Position numbers and translations under genes: made by a program
Virus record (IMG/VR): IMGVR_UViG_3300010397_000021
Span: 1 to 45,391 of that record
Direction: 5' to 3' (one strand)
DNA length: 45,391 nucleotides
From: a virus
Shown here: positions 31,489-42,320 of the stretch, piece after piece
How the letters are laid out: the number at the start of each line of letters is the position of its first letter
Numbering within the stretch: the first letter of the stretch is position 1
The notes under the pieces: model-generated
Seen by the model: only the letters and a program-made list of their open reading frames with translations
Told to the model about the DNA's origin: nothing
Databases searched by the model: none

Positions 31489-31854
31489 ATGCGCGCTAAA
31501 TCTTTCACCGTAATTGCATCGGCTGGCGGCACAACTTATAGTCCGGCTTTCCCTATCGATACCTATAACAATCCGACCGATATCGGAATTGGGGTGCAGC
31601 TTATCTATGGCGCAGGATCAGCCATTTATGATGTCCAGCATACCTTTAGTAATCCTTGGCAGATTAATCTGAATGCCAATCCTACGGCCAATACATCGGC
31701 TACAGGCATTTGGGAAAATAATTCTGTTCTTACCTCCGCTACTACGACGGGTGACACTAACTATGCATTCCCTCCACGCGCCATACGCTTTGCTTTAAGA
31801 GCAGCAGCTTCAGCAAGAATTACTGGCATTATCCAGCAGGCTGGGCCGGAGTAA
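31489..31854 (+). CDS. Virion protein, 121 aa
   Basis: Same-strand ORF in the structural block. Confidence 0.55.
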   Translation: MRAKSFTVIASAGGTTYSPAFPIDTYNNPTDIGIGVQLIYGAGSAIYDVQHTFSNPWQINLNANPTANTSATGIWENNSVLTSATTTGDTNYAFPPRAIRFALRAAASARITGIIQQAGPE

Positions 31855-31860
31855 TGTCAC

Positions 31861-34491
31861 ATGCCAGGATTAACTAGAGCAGGTGGCCTAACTCCTATAA
31901 CGGGTCTTTCGGCATCTGGCGGCCTTACACCATTTAGCGGCCTTACTTCTACAGACTCTTTTTCCCCATCAGATATTTCTGGATTACAGCTCTGGCTCGA
32001 CGCCAATGCACAGAACAGTGTACTGAGTGACGGTGCGGCGCATTTTACCTCGGCCAATACTCAGAATCTAAGCATTGCGAGCAATTCGACCCTGAACCCC
32101 GGTGCTAGCGATGTATGGTGGGCGGGGTGGGTGTATCTTGATACCAAGCCCGCCGCGCAAATGACGCTGCTTGGAAAGCACGATACGACGGGCAATCAGC
32201 GCGGGTATACGATTGTTTGGGATAATTCAACTGATCGATTCCGGTTGGCATTATCTAATGATGGCACCGCTGTCGATCTGCTCAAGGCAGATAACTTCGG
32301 ATCTCCGTCAACAGCTACGTGGTATTTCATCTTTGCATGGTATGACGCTACCGCGCAGACAGCGAACATCAGCGTCAATAACGGCACGCCTAATTCAATG
32401 GCGCATACCGGCGGCATATTCGCTAACACGGCGGCTTTCTGTATCGGTGGTTTGAACGGTTTTCCGACCACCTACATGAACGGCCGCGTTGATTCTGTAG
32501 GGATGGGCGTGGCTCCCCCAGGTGGCTTTGCGACGACGACCGCTTCCAGCATTGCAACGGCCCTTTATAACTCAGGCAACGGACGAGTGTTTGCCGACCT
32601 CACCTCCGCACAGAAAACCGCATGGGGGCTGATGAGTTGGTGGGACTTGGATGCCGAGACCGGCACGCGCTACGACAAGATGGGCTCGAATCATCTTACG
32701 GCCTCGACCACCGTTCTTATCAGCAACAGTCCTGCCACCCTGAACGGTGGCTTCGAGACGGCGGGCAGCCCTTTTGCGAACTGGACCTCGAGTGCGGGCG
32801 GGACATCCACTGTCAACGATGAGGGTTCGGTCGTTCACAGCGGTTCACATGCCTGTCGATTCGATATTGATTCTAGCAATAGTTTTGCTCAGATCGTCCA
32901 AACGATTCTGACGGCTGGGAATCGTTATAGCTATACCGTTTGGGCACGAGGCAGCTCCGGCACACCCGGCATTCAGATTGCCAATAGCGGCGCCGCGTAT
33001 ACCACGCATACCCTCACCACGTCTTATGCTCAGTACGCAGGTTCATTCACCGCGATAGATACGACGTTCAAGATCGCTCGGAATTTGGCGACATCACTAT
33101 CAGTCTACGTCGATGATGTCGTTCTCACCGACCTCGGCCCAGTGGGAATTGCAGGCATTGCGGCAGGCGTAGCGACGGACGGTAATTTCTGCGGTTCTTT
33201 TGTAGCATCAAGTAGTCAGAGCCTGTCTATCCTCGCAGCCAACCAGACAGGACTCGATATTGCAGCCAGTGATTATACCTTCGCAGCATGGGTTAATCTT
33301 AATTCATTCCAAACTCAAAGTACGATCATCGGACGCGGCGGAACAAGTAATGCCGCCAAAGGGTATTGGATTTACGTTCATACGACAGGAGCGATTCGTT
33401 TAGTCCTTTCTGATGGCGTTTTAGCGACAACATATACGTCTACCGGAACGATTTCTTTAGGCTCATGGGCATTCGTTGTCATAACGCTCAATCGAGCCGG
33501 GAATATGACGTTTACGATCAATAACGTCGCCGCAGGATCGAATGATATTACAGCATACAACGCTGATTTAACTGTCTCCGCAGTATTCCGTCTAGCCGCT
33601 ACGTCATCGGGCACTGGGTATATTGATGGGCGCATAGATGATGTTGGTGTATGGAGTCGAGCACTCACAAGCGCTGAGGCTACTTCTCTCTTCAACACCG
33701 GCATGGGACTCAAATACGCCGGACTGACAGGAACCCTCCTTACAAACCTTGTTTCTTATTGGGACCTTGATAATAAAGTAGGAATCACGGCTGACTCTGC
33801 AGGAACAAATACGCTCACGAACAACGGCTCAACTGGTTTTGGCCAAGGGGTCGCATACTATACTGGGGTCGCCGCGAAATGGCTAGATCAATCAGGGCTG
33901 GCGAATCATGCCCTTCAAATGACGCAGAGCAAACGTCCGAGCTTCGTGTCGAATCTCATCAATGGCAAGCCCGCTTTGCTTTTCGATGGAATCGATGATC
34001 TGATGTTCATCAACGCCATAGCGACGGCGCTATCGGGGACGAATAAGCCATTTAGCTTCTACGTAGTCATAAATCTGATTAGCACTACGACCGGGCAACC
34101 TATAGGAGCGGCACGAGTCGGAGGGACAACCCTCGAGGCGCTTACCTATCTCACCTCGACCTGGCGAACCGACCGCCGCGATGACAGTGGGACAATACTC
34201 TCCATTGTTTCCGGTGCGACCGACACTACCGCTCATATCATGTCCGTGACTTTTGATGGAACGAACGGCAAGATGTTCCAAGATTCGACTCAGTTGGGTT
34301 CAACGACGAATCTCTCGGTCGGAGCAATGACGCTCGACACCTTCACCATCGGCGGACGTTCGGCCAACGGCACCGAGGATCGTCAGGCGAATTTATATAT
34401 GATGGAAGGAATTGTCTATAATGCGGCACTCACTTCTGTCCAGGACACGCAGGTTAAGACTTATCTCAAGGCAAAGTGGAGTACACCATAA
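31861..34491 (+). CDS. Tail fibre/receptor-binding protein with repeated LamG (concanavalin-like) domains and a CBM4_9-like domain, 876 aa
   Basis: Three LamG-type repeats ('DVWWAGWVYLD', 'DYTFAAWVNLNSF', 'PFSFYVVINLIS', each followed by 'DDVGVW'-like strands). 'LNGGFETAGSPFANWTSS...HSGSHACRF' is CBM-like. Confidence 0.65.
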   Translation: MPGLTRAGGLTPITGLSASGGLTPFSGLTSTDSFSPSDISGLQLWLDANAQNSVLSDGAAHFTSANTQNLSIASNSTLNPGASDVWWAGWVYLDTKPAAQMTLLGKHDTTGNQRGYTIVWDNSTDRFRLALSNDGTAVDLLKADNFGSPSTATWYFIFAWYDATAQTANISVNNGTPNSMAHTGGIFANTAAFCIGGLNGFPTTYMNGRVDSVGMGVAPPGGFATTTASSIATALYNSGNGRVFADLTSAQKTAWGLMSWWDLDAETGTRYDKMGSNHLTASTTVLISNSPATLNGGFETAGSPFANWTSSAGGTSTVNDEGSVVHSGSHACRFDIDSSNSFAQIVQTILTAGNRYSYTVWARGSSGTPGIQIANSGAAYTTHTLTTSYAQYAGSFTAIDTTFKIARNLATSLSVYVDDVVLTDLGPVGIAGIAAGVATDGNFCGSFVASSSQSLSILAANQTGLDIAASDYTFAAWVNLNSFQTQSTIIGRGGTSNAAKGYWIYVHTTGAIRLVLSDGVLATTYTSTGTISLGSWAFVVITLNRAGNMTFTINNVAAGSNDITAYNADLTVSAVFRLAATSSGTGYIDGRIDDVGVWSRALTSAEATSLFNTGMGLKYAGLTGTLLTNLVSYWDLDNKVGITADSAGTNTLTNNGSTGFGQGVAYYTGVAAKWLDQSGLANHALQMTQSKRPSFVSNLINGKPALLFDGIDDLMFINAIATALSGTNKPFSFYVVINLISTTTGQPIGAARVGGTTLEALTYLTSTWRTDRRDDSGTILSIVSGATDTTAHIMSVTFDGTNGKMFQDSTQLGSTTNLSVGAMTLDTFTIGGRSANGTEDRQANLYMMEGIVYNAALTSVQDTQVKTYLKAKWSTP

Positions 34492-34775
34492 TGCCATCAA
34501 CGACGCGCTGTCTCATAGTTATCGCCGCCGCCGATCAGGCCACTGAGAACCAATGGATCGTGGACAACATCGATCCGGCGGGGGGAATGGAAACTTTTAC
34601 GGCGCCCCTGACGGCTATCGACTCGATCATCTCGAACTACTGGTCTGGCGGGATATGGTACGACGATCAATTCGCCAAGCTTCAGGATCACTTTGGTAAC
34701 AGTCTCTACACCGACATCGCGCCAGATGATCTGCTTGCCGAATTAAATCTACATCGTTTTGTTTCACCCACTTAA
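34491..34775 (+). CDS. Hypothetical virion-module protein, 94 aa
   Basis: Start moved to MPSTTRC (TAATG overlap). Confidence 0.5.
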   Translation: MPSTTRCLIVIAAADQATENQWIVDNIDPAGGMETFTAPLTAIDSIISNYWSGGIWYDDQFAKLQDHFGNSLYTDIAPDDLLAELNLHRFVSPT

Positions 34776-34784
34776 GGAGATATT

Positions 34785-34943
34785 ATGAAAAAGAAAAAAC
34801 CCACATCTGGATATACCCCAAACAAGGAAAAGCGTAGGCCTGATGGTACGCCGCCTTCACAGCCATACGCTATCAAGTTCGGCAACATAAACGGCAAGCC
34901 CTGCGCGAGCAAAAAACAAATGTATCGGCATCAGGGGAAGTAA
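34785..34943 (+). CDS. Small basic protein, 52 aa (below ORF-track cutoff)
   Basis: RBS AAGGAGA. Hand translation: MKKKKPTSGYTPNKEKRRPDGTPPSQPYAIKFGNINGKPCASKKQMYRHQGK. Confidence 0.45.
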   Translation: MKKKKPTSGYTPNKEKRRPDGTPPSQPYAIKFGNINGKPCASKKQMYRHQGK

Positions 34944-34944
34944 T

Positions 34945-35292
34945 ATGGCGCGCAGAAATGGTCGTTTAGGCGCATGGCTTGCCACTGATGATTATACTGG
35001 CATCACTCGGTATGCATCCGAGCTGCGACGTGATTTCTGGGGAAGTGTCAGCAAATATCCTTTGCAGCGCAACCTTCAGGAAATTGCATCACCTTTAAGC
35101 GATCCGCAACCTGTTAGTCTTTACCGTGGACCCAATTATGAACAAACGCCGGTATGTGTATCAGAGACTGCACCGCTCTATGTAGGAAATACGACCGTAC
35201 GCACTAATCCTAATAACGCTGCTTTTCAGGCGCTCGATTTAGCTCCGGCTATTCCCGATATGGAAATTGGCTGCACATTCCAGGTATATTGA
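34945..35292 (+). CDS. Virion-module protein, 115 aa
   Basis: Same-strand ORF. Confidence 0.55.
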   Translation: MARRNGRLGAWLATDDYTGITRYASELRRDFWGSVSKYPLQRNLQEIASPLSDPQPVSLYRGPNYEQTPVCVSETAPLYVGNTTVRTNPNNAAFQALDLAPAIPDMEIGCTFQVY

Positions 35293-35293
35293 T

Positions 35294-35911
35294 ATGACAA
35301 CATATAATAAATCTTCCCTACAAACGTTTTTTGAAACGAATGATGTTCCTACAGGGACAGATTACGCTAATCTTATCGATTCCTGCGTTAATGTGGCAGA
35401 AACTTCCGCACAAGCCATGGCAGGTCCATTAAGCGTTACGGAAATTATTACGCCTAGGATTAGTGCAGCGAATATCAATGCCACCGTCAATTTAACGGCA
35501 GCGACAGCTACAATTACAGGTACTGTAAGTGCTGCCGCAATAAACGTCACTGGCGATGTCTCCGCTGCCACAGGCACGGTTTACGCCTCTGCCATGCGCT
35601 CGACTAATGGATTTATCGGAAGTAGCAATATTGTGAGCGCCGCCGGCACCGCGCAGGCAACCGCCGCGCCGCTATTATATATTGTAAATCGCGGGAAGGG
35701 TATAGTCGATGGCTCTACTACGGGCTTCACTCCTATGACGGGACGCCCAGGTCTAGTGCAATATCTTTTCAACGAAGGTGTAAGCGCAAACCTCTGGCCT
35801 CCCACAGGCGGCACGATCAATGGACTTGCAGTGAATGCAGCCTTTTCTGTAGCGGCAAGCGCCATGGTGACCATCGTTCATTTAACTGCCAGCGCATATG
35901 GGGTAAAATAA
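35294..35911 (+). CDS. Tail fibre-like protein with conserved N-terminal anchor motif, 205 aa
   Basis: 'SSLQTFFETNDVPTGTDYANLIDSCV' shares the F-x-T-G/N-D-x-PT...LIDS motif with ORF 42317. Ala/Thr/Gly-rich body. Confidence 0.55.
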   Translation: MTTYNKSSLQTFFETNDVPTGTDYANLIDSCVNVAETSAQAMAGPLSVTEIITPRISAANINATVNLTAATATITGTVSAAAINVTGDVSAATGTVYASAMRSTNGFIGSSNIVSAAGTAQATAAPLLYIVNRGKGIVDGSTTGFTPMTGRPGLVQYLFNEGVSANLWPPTGGTINGLAVNAAFSVAASAMVTIVHLTASAYGVK

Positions 35912-35912
35912 C

Positions 35913-36614
35913 ATGGGCATTGGCGATATACGATACACAGTATTGCAGACGGTAAATGAAGTTTTCCGTAAACTTGGACTATCGACCGTTTCAAATTTAT
36001 CTGCCAATAAACTATCCATTCAGATGGTGGATTTTATTAATGATGTCTGCAATGACATTTCTGATTATGGAAATTGGCAAGAAACGTTAGTAAGCGCCAT
36101 TATTACGGCCGTATCTGGACAGGTTGATTATAGCGTCAATACAAGTGCCAATATAAAAAATATTGCGGATTTATATTTCTCCCAGCGACGTGGTCCATTA
36201 ATCGGAATTACCGTAGACGACATGCGCGTTCTGACGCGAGTTACGGCCGTAGGCACTCCTACGCAATTCACGGTCTTTGGCACCGATTCTAATGGCAATC
36301 CCAATATCCGTGTGCGGCCAACCCCAGCTCAAAGTGAAGATGGCGGATTATTTTCGATTTTGTTCTATACACGGCCACCACTTTATACCACGGCGGATGC
36401 CAATAGCATTATACCATTTGCAGCGCGTGTCGTTGTGCTTGGTGTCCTAGCTAAAGCCGTGTTGAACGAATCCGGTGGCGCAATGTCCGATAGATATACG
36501 CAGACTTACACAGATTTTTTAAATGCGCGAAAACAAGCTCTCAACAGATTTAATTCCGATACGGGATGGGATGTGTCTTTTACTCCTTCTTTGTCAGTAT
36601 GGGGTAGAAGGTGA
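35913..36614 (+). CDS. Tail adaptor/tubular-A-like protein (putative), 233 aa
   Basis: Position and size relative to the following 681-aa protein resemble the gp11/gp12 pair of T7-like tails. No motif proof. Confidence 0.35.
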   Translation: MGIGDIRYTVLQTVNEVFRKLGLSTVSNLSANKLSIQMVDFINDVCNDISDYGNWQETLVSAIITAVSGQVDYSVNTSANIKNIADLYFSQRRGPLIGITVDDMRVLTRVTAVGTPTQFTVFGTDSNGNPNIRVRPTPAQSEDGGLFSILFYTRPPLYTTADANSIIPFAARVVVLGVLAKAVLNESGGAMSDRYTQTYTDFLNARKQALNRFNSDTGWDVSFTPSLSVWGRR

Positions 36615-38656
36615 TCAGCGTTGATTATCGCCTACCGGAGAATGGATTAGGAACGGATTTTTCACAATATGAAAGACCGATAAATTTTGCTCAAACCTAT
36701 ACAAATCGCTTCAGAAATATTACTGGTGGAGCTGAACGTCGCCCAGGAATGCAGCGCTATTTTTCCAAAGTAAATGGTGGCCCAAATCTTACCCGTCTAC
36801 ATGAATGGGTTAGCACGAATGGCACGGAAGTCCTGCTGGCATCGGATGATTTTGGTAATATATGGTATCTCAATACATCAGCATCTTCATGGGCATCGGC
36901 GCGCACTGGGGGATCATTTGTGCGCTATATCAGCGGGCAGGCACAGGATAAACTTATTTTCGTCAATGGTGTTGACCGCAATATTTATACAAAAGATGGC
37001 GGCCTTACATTCAGTGAATTAAAAGCTATTATTACACAAGGCGTAGCGGCTGGTGGCACTAATACTACAACATTGATCGACGGCGATATTACTGATTGGA
37101 TCAATGATACTTTGGTATCTAATAATGACATTGTACATAATATTACACGTGACGGTTATGGTATAGTCTCCACGGTAGCAAGCGCTAGTCTGACTATAAC
37201 GCCTATAGGCGTTTCTGGAAATGGCGCTGGCAAGACTTCCGCAGATCAAGCGGCTGGTGATAATTATGAGCTTATCGATTATGTTGATCTCAATATTATT
37301 CCTCAAGGCACTGGCATTAACGATAACATAGCTACGGCCGCAGCAGGAACTTTAATCAATGCTATTTATGTAACGGGCGTAGATTTTTCTACTACCGAGA
37401 TGCGCAAGGGTGATTTTGTCTATAACACCACGCGAGGCGCTATTTCTATCATACGTACAGTAAGCGCGGGATGTAGTTTGGATTTTGCGATTACCGGACA
37501 GACAGCGGGAGACGCGCTTGCCTTCTTTAAATCGGCAATGCCAATTGCATCATGGGTACATATTCATTATGGACGCGCCTATTATCTTGATTCTCGCAAT
37601 CAGCAACGTGTTGTTATCAGCGCTCCTGATGATCCGCAAGATGTTACCACTTTCCAGAAAACACTAGATTCTACGAGCTTCAGTTTTGGTACGCAGCAAC
37701 CCACTGGCGATATCATTCTGAGCATGAGCAGTTTCCAAAAATATTTTGTCGCTAGCGGGAAGAAGAATTTATATATTTATCAAGGGATCGATCCTGTTCA
37801 AGATAATTCGCAATCAACCATCGATTTCTCTCCTATCGCTTTTTATCCTAATGGTGTGGCAAGTCGTTTCGGGCTAGGAACGAATGGAAGTGATTTACTT
37901 CATGTTACTACAGAAGGATTACAGGCCATTAATATTGGCAATATCAGCAATACGACCGTTCAGAATAATGCAAGCGTTCCGGTTCGTACGGCAATGCTCA
38001 ATGCTATCACCCAAGCAACGCCTGATAATATCCAGCTCACTTTTTATCCTCGACGCTCTTGGTTGATAAGCAAAGTAGGCGATGTATGTTATGTGCTTAA
38101 TACTAATCCATCTTTTAATGATGCCGGACAATTGCAGACTATTGCATCCTGGCATCTATTCAGCGGAACATGGGCACAGCAAAATCATTATTTTGTACGT
38201 CGGAATGGTGATTTATTGGCGTGTGGCACAGGTGGTTTGGTTTATCAAATGGATGCAAGTGCCGCGACAGATGATGGTGAGCCAATATTTACCGATTTAC
38301 AGACAGCTTGGCTTCGTCTGGAAGAGCCACAGAAAACCGTCAGAATAAAGCAAGGTCAATATATTAGACCTGTATTTGAAAGTAATGCTCAAATCACGTA
38401 TACTATAAACGCCGTTGCTGGTTGGGATAATTTATCAAGCGATTCCATAGATGTATCCGCTGGCGGCGATGGAGCAATTGGGACTGCAATCATCGGCACT
38501 ACGCCCATTGGCGGCGGTTCTTTCGCACAAGCGACAAAATACCCTCTCCGCTGGAGAGGTGAGCAGGTCCGTATCGAGTTTACGACCGAATCAAGCGCAT
38601 CCCCTGACATCATTACTGGATTCACCCTTTACGGTGAAATCGGAGGCATACGATAA
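36611..38656 (+). CDS. Large tail (nozzle/tubular-B-like) protein, 681 aa
   Basis: Long ORF, GTGA-coupled. Function inferred from position. Confidence 0.4.
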   Translation: MISVDYRLPENGLGTDFSQYERPINFAQTYTNRFRNITGGAERRPGMQRYFSKVNGGPNLTRLHEWVSTNGTEVLLASDDFGNIWYLNTSASSWASARTGGSFVRYISGQAQDKLIFVNGVDRNIYTKDGGLTFSELKAIITQGVAAGGTNTTTLIDGDITDWINDTLVSNNDIVHNITRDGYGIVSTVASASLTITPIGVSGNGAGKTSADQAAGDNYELIDYVDLNIIPQGTGINDNIATAAAGTLINAIYVTGVDFSTTEMRKGDFVYNTTRGAISIIRTVSAGCSLDFAITGQTAGDALAFFKSAMPIASWVHIHYGRAYYLDSRNQQRVVISAPDDPQDVTTFQKTLDSTSFSFGTQQPTGDIILSMSSFQKYFVASGKKNLYIYQGIDPVQDNSQSTIDFSPIAFYPNGVASRFGLGTNGSDLLHVTTEGLQAINIGNISNTTVQNNASVPVRTAMLNAITQATPDNIQLTFYPRRSWLISKVGDVCYVLNTNPSFNDAGQLQTIASWHLFSGTWAQQNHYFVRRNGDLLACGTGGLVYQMDASAATDDGEPIFTDLQTAWLRLEEPQKTVRIKQGQYIRPVFESNAQITYTINAVAGWDNLSSDSIDVSAGGDGAIGTAIIGTTPIGGGSFAQATKYPLRWRGEQVRIEFTTESSASPDIITGFTLYGEIGGIR

Positions 38657-39225
38657 TGGCTACCTTACCTTGGCTTCAAGACCCGAATTACGCGTCTAAT
38701 TATCCGCAATATGGCGGAGGCGCTAGTGCGGGCGGAGGCGGCATTTCTTCATTGCTGCAAGCCATTCCCTCCATCATGTATGATTTTAAGGGCTTCAATA
38801 CTGGCCCACAGGCTAATATCGCTGGTCAACTAGGCCAAGTTGCCAATGCCCAGATGGATACAAATAATCCGCTCTATCAGCAAATTTACGGACAGCAGAA
38901 ACAGCAAGCACAGCAAAATTTATCGCAGGGAATTCAGCAGCTATCTGCACAAAATCGCAAACTTTCCAGTATGGGGCGAGTCCCGCTTTTTGATCCTGAG
39001 CGCGGAGGGGAGCAGCTATTTCGCGGCCTGACGCAAGGATATCAGACTGCCGGAAATATGGCGGCAAATAACACTCAGAATGTCTTGAGTGGTGCCGGAA
39101 GAACATTGGGGGATGCTTTTGGTAATTATAGCAGTTTGGCACAACAAAAGAATATGGGCCAATACCAGCAGGCTAAAGGTGAAACTGGCATTGCTGGGAT
39201 ATTAAAAAGTCTATTCGGATTATAA
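38656..39225 (+). CDS. Gln/Gly-rich internal virion protein (putative), 189 aa
   Basis: Low-complexity Q/G/N-rich protein. First of three consecutive candidate ejection proteins. Confidence 0.4.
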   Translation: MATLPWLQDPNYASNYPQYGGGASAGGGGISSLLQAIPSIMYDFKGFNTGPQANIAGQLGQVANAQMDTNNPLYQQIYGQQKQQAQQNLSQGIQQLSAQNRKLSSMGRVPLFDPERGGEQLFRGLTQGYQTAGNMAANNTQNVLSGAGRTLGDAFGNYSSLAQQKNMGQYQQAKGETGIAGILKSLFGL

Positions 39226-39226
39226 T

Positions 39227-40891
39227 ATGGTGCAGAATTTTTTAGATATGCTCAATTCCCAGCCAGCCCCACAACAAGTCGCCTCTCCTATGGCTATGGG
39301 GGGGCTTTTTGGCGCTATGCAGCCGCCGCAGCCGCAGCAAGCAATGCCCTCGGGGGATACTGGCAGCTTATCGACCCAGATCCAGCAATGGCTTGGCGCG
39401 GTTCCTCCTGCTGATAATGGGATTGCACAGAATATTCTTTCGGCGCGCTTCAACCCTCAGCAATTCCAACCTACGCTGCAGGATGAAAGTAGCGCTATTA
39501 TCAACTCTGCTCCGGCCGGTGCAAAATTAATGACCGGTACAGATGTTGCAGGTGGCCGCATGAGCAGCATGATGGATGTCATCTCAAAAATTAACCAGAT
39601 GCAGCAAGTTCAGCTTGAGTTGGCTAAAATCAATGAAGATATGCGCCATAATCGCGCCACCGAAGGCATGAATCCCAACGCATTGCCGATTGGCACTGCT
39701 CCTATAGCCGCAGGGAATGCTCCTACAGCTTCAGTAGGTACAGGAGTTACCCCAATTAACAATCCTGGCAATCTACGCCCTGTAGGCGCTTCTACAGGCT
39801 TCCAGCAGTTTCCTACGCCGCAGGCGGGAGCTGACGCAATGCGCAATGATCTCATGATTAAACTTTCTGGCAATAGCCAGGTCATGCAAGGTCCTCCTAC
39901 CTTACGTAATATCATTAGCACCTGGGCACCCCCGAATGAAAATAATACAGAACAATTGGTACAAAATGCGGCACAACGCTCAGGATTGAGCCCAGATCAG
40001 CCTTTAGGGCCTCAGCATGTTAATGCGCTGATGTCTATTATTGCACAGCAGGAAGGCAATCCTGGCGCTATATCTAATACAGCACAGCCGACGCCGCTAT
40101 TCCGTGGCAATGAGCCGATGACGCAGGGCCTAGAGCAGAATAAGCAATGGGCACAGCTTCCCAATGGTGAGTTTGTCGCTCGTCAAGTGCCAGGAACAGC
40201 CAAGACGGGGCCTAATGGCGAATTACTTAATACCGATCCAATGACGGGAAAGACTACTGCTGAAATTCCCAAGAATCCGCAAGCGCAAGCAAAGCTTGAG
40301 CAGGGACTTATTGCGATTGCTAATAAATTTGATGAGTTACGTAAGGCTGGCGGCACTGTAGAAACAGGCGGCGCGCCGATTAGCAATATTATAAACACCG
40401 CTGCCGGGTCATCATTTACCGGGCCAGAATGGCTAGGGAGCCCTGAAGTCGGCGGACAAGACATAGCCCGCATGGGTGGAACTAAAGCGCAGCAAACTCG
40501 TGATGAAATCAATCTAATCGTTAAACAGCAAATATTGCCTTATATGCAGGCAATTGGTGCAACTCCAGGCATGGAGAGGGCTGTCGGCGCACAGATGCAA
40601 CTTTTGCAATCGCTAGGAGCAAAAACCACTTTATCGCGTGATAGTGTATTATCGGCTTTAGGGCAAATTAGTCGTCAAACAGGTACTGGAGAATTGGCCA
40701 ATAACCTAGGCTTGCCGCCTACGGAAACATATCGCGGGCTTTCCGTAAATGATCCCCAAGCATCCTCTTCTGCGCCTGCTAAAGTGATTACTATGGACCA
40801 GGTCAATGCAACAGCGCAGCAATATGGTAAATCACCGCAGCAAGTAATCCAGGACGCTAAAGCGAAGGGGTATACGATTAATGCCCAATAA
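39227..40891 (+). CDS. Internal virion/ejection protein (putative), 554 aa
   Basis: Q/P/G-rich N-terminus. 'NNPGNLRPVGASTGFQQF' motif. Confidence 0.4.
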   Translation: MVQNFLDMLNSQPAPQQVASPMAMGGLFGAMQPPQPQQAMPSGDTGSLSTQIQQWLGAVPPADNGIAQNILSARFNPQQFQPTLQDESSAIINSAPAGAKLMTGTDVAGGRMSSMMDVISKINQMQQVQLELAKINEDMRHNRATEGMNPNALPIGTAPIAAGNAPTASVGTGVTPINNPGNLRPVGASTGFQQFPTPQAGADAMRNDLMIKLSGNSQVMQGPPTLRNIISTWAPPNENNTEQLVQNAAQRSGLSPDQPLGPQHVNALMSIIAQQEGNPGAISNTAQPTPLFRGNEPMTQGLEQNKQWAQLPNGEFVARQVPGTAKTGPNGELLNTDPMTGKTTAEIPKNPQAQAKLEQGLIAIANKFDELRKAGGTVETGGAPISNIINTAAGSSFTGPEWLGSPEVGGQDIARMGGTKAQQTRDEINLIVKQQILPYMQAIGATPGMERAVGAQMQLLQSLGAKTTLSRDSVLSALGQISRQTGTGELANNLGLPPTETYRGLSVNDPQASSSAPAKVITMDQVNATAQQYGKSPQQVIQDAKAKGYTINAQ

Positions 40892-42320
40892 TGCCTTCGA
40901 TCTCGGTGCTGATTTGTATGGAATGCCTGCGCAGCAACCCACTATGATGCCTGTGCCGTCTACGAATTTAGGTCATGATTTATATGGCGCTCCATCCCCA
41001 TCTGTTTCTACAGCGCAAGATGTCGTTTCAGCAGGAGCATGGAGCGTACCTAAGGGTATTGGTCATGCAGTAATGTGGCTTCCAGAGCTTGCCAATCAGG
41101 TCGTTGCAGGGCCACAAGAATTGTATCGGGGAATTCGAGATACTGTTCAAGGAAATCCTACAGATAATAGTCCTATGTTCCAGCCCTTTTTTAATTCGGG
41201 CGATGTCATGAATATGGCGGGTGTAAAACCTTATGAACCACAAACTATTGCAGGAAAGTTAACTGATTTCTCTGGGCAAACCCTCGCTGGGTTAGGAACC
41301 GCAGGTGCTATCGCAAGCCAAGGCACCCGCTGGGATAATGCTCTAAATGGCGTCAAATCTCTCCTTCAGGATCAATCAAGTGGAACTCCGCCACCTGCGC
41401 CACTCACTGCGCGAGATATAGTAGAGCGCGGGATTAATTCTAATACCATGTTTGCCAGTCGCCCTAACGCGTTGCAAACGGGACAGCAAGGCAATGAAGC
41501 CATCAGCAAGCAATATGGCATAGATAGAGATTTGCAGCGCCAACTTTATGCCGATCTCGATCAGCATGGCAGTAAGTTCTCCATTAAGGCTGATGAACTT
41601 TATAATAAGCTCGATGATTTGACGAATTATTTATCCAATAAAGTCGCTATTGATACCCCTGAACATCGCGCCTTTACCGAATTAAGCGAGATGAAGGATA
41701 ATCTCGCCAATAAATACGGTATTGCATCTGTTGCGCCAAAAACAAGCGCTGTTCTGGACGCTTCAGGCAATCCTATTATTACGCCAGGACAACAAGGTGT
41801 CGCAGCATATGGCATTCAGCCATCTGACTTAGTTGATCTAAAAACTGCTATTAACTCTGGTTTAAAGCCTAATAAATTTACCAATGCCGGACAGGCCAAG
41901 ATTTTGGATTTCAAATCCTATGTGCAAAATGCCTTGGATCAAGCTTCGCAGCTATCTCCGGAGTTTGGTGGTGCGTTATCTGCTGCCGAGAAACAAGCGG
42001 CTAAAGTCGGAATTTATAAAGACCCTATGTTGCGGGGATTATGGCAGCCGGAGGATTATGTCGCATATAAGGCAGGCAACCAGCCATCTGCTTCTACATT
42101 TAATCGGCAGGCAGGTTTTTTAAATAGCCTTGATACCACTAATGCGGGACGTTCTTATTCTTTGGCATCAATTCTGCCGCCTGATCAAGCGCAATCCCTA
42201 ATAAGGGCTGCCGCTCTTAATCAGAAAACGGGTGGAATCAAATCTTTCATTCTTCCTGCACCCGATCCACGCCTTCAAGCGGTTGCTGATCAAATAGCCA
42301 ATATGCGAGGCAATCAATGA
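40881..42320 (+). CDS. Internal virion/ejection protein (putative), 479 aa
   Basis: Long same-strand ORF. Function inferred from position. Confidence 0.4.
   Translation: MPNNAFDLGADLYGMPAQQPTMMPVPSTNLGHDLYGAPSPSVSTAQDVVSAGAWSVPKGIGHAVMWLPELANQVVAGPQELYRGIRDTVQGNPTDNSPMFQPFFNSGDVMNMAGVKPYEPQTIAGKLTDFSGQTLAGLGTAGAIASQGTRWDNALNGVKSLLQDQSSGTPPPAPLTARDIVERGINSNTMFASRPNALQTGQQGNEAISKQYGIDRDLQRQLYADLDQHGSKFSIKADELYNKLDDLTNYLSNKVAIDTPEHRAFTELSEMKDNLANKYGIASVAPKTSAVLDASGNPIITPGQQGVAAYGIQPSDLVDLKTAINSGLKPNKFTNAGQAKILDFKSYVQNALDQASQLSPEFGGALSAAEKQAAKVGIYKDPMLRGLWQPEDYVAYKAGNQPSASTFNRQAGFLNSLDTTNAGRSYSLASILPPDQAQSLIRAAALNQKTGGIKSFILPAPDPRLQAVADQIANMRGNQ

Noticed and set aside
27100-38625. Numerous antisense or alternative-frame ORFs inside structural genes (e.g. 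27100-27309, 29474-29962, 30321-30946, 32171-32838, 33378-33713, 35362-35874, 37019-37306, 38389-38625)
   Set aside because: Each is fully nested in a longer same-region gene with a coherent protein-like sequence. They have no RBS and low-complexity or Arg/Cys-rich translations typical of shadow ORFs.
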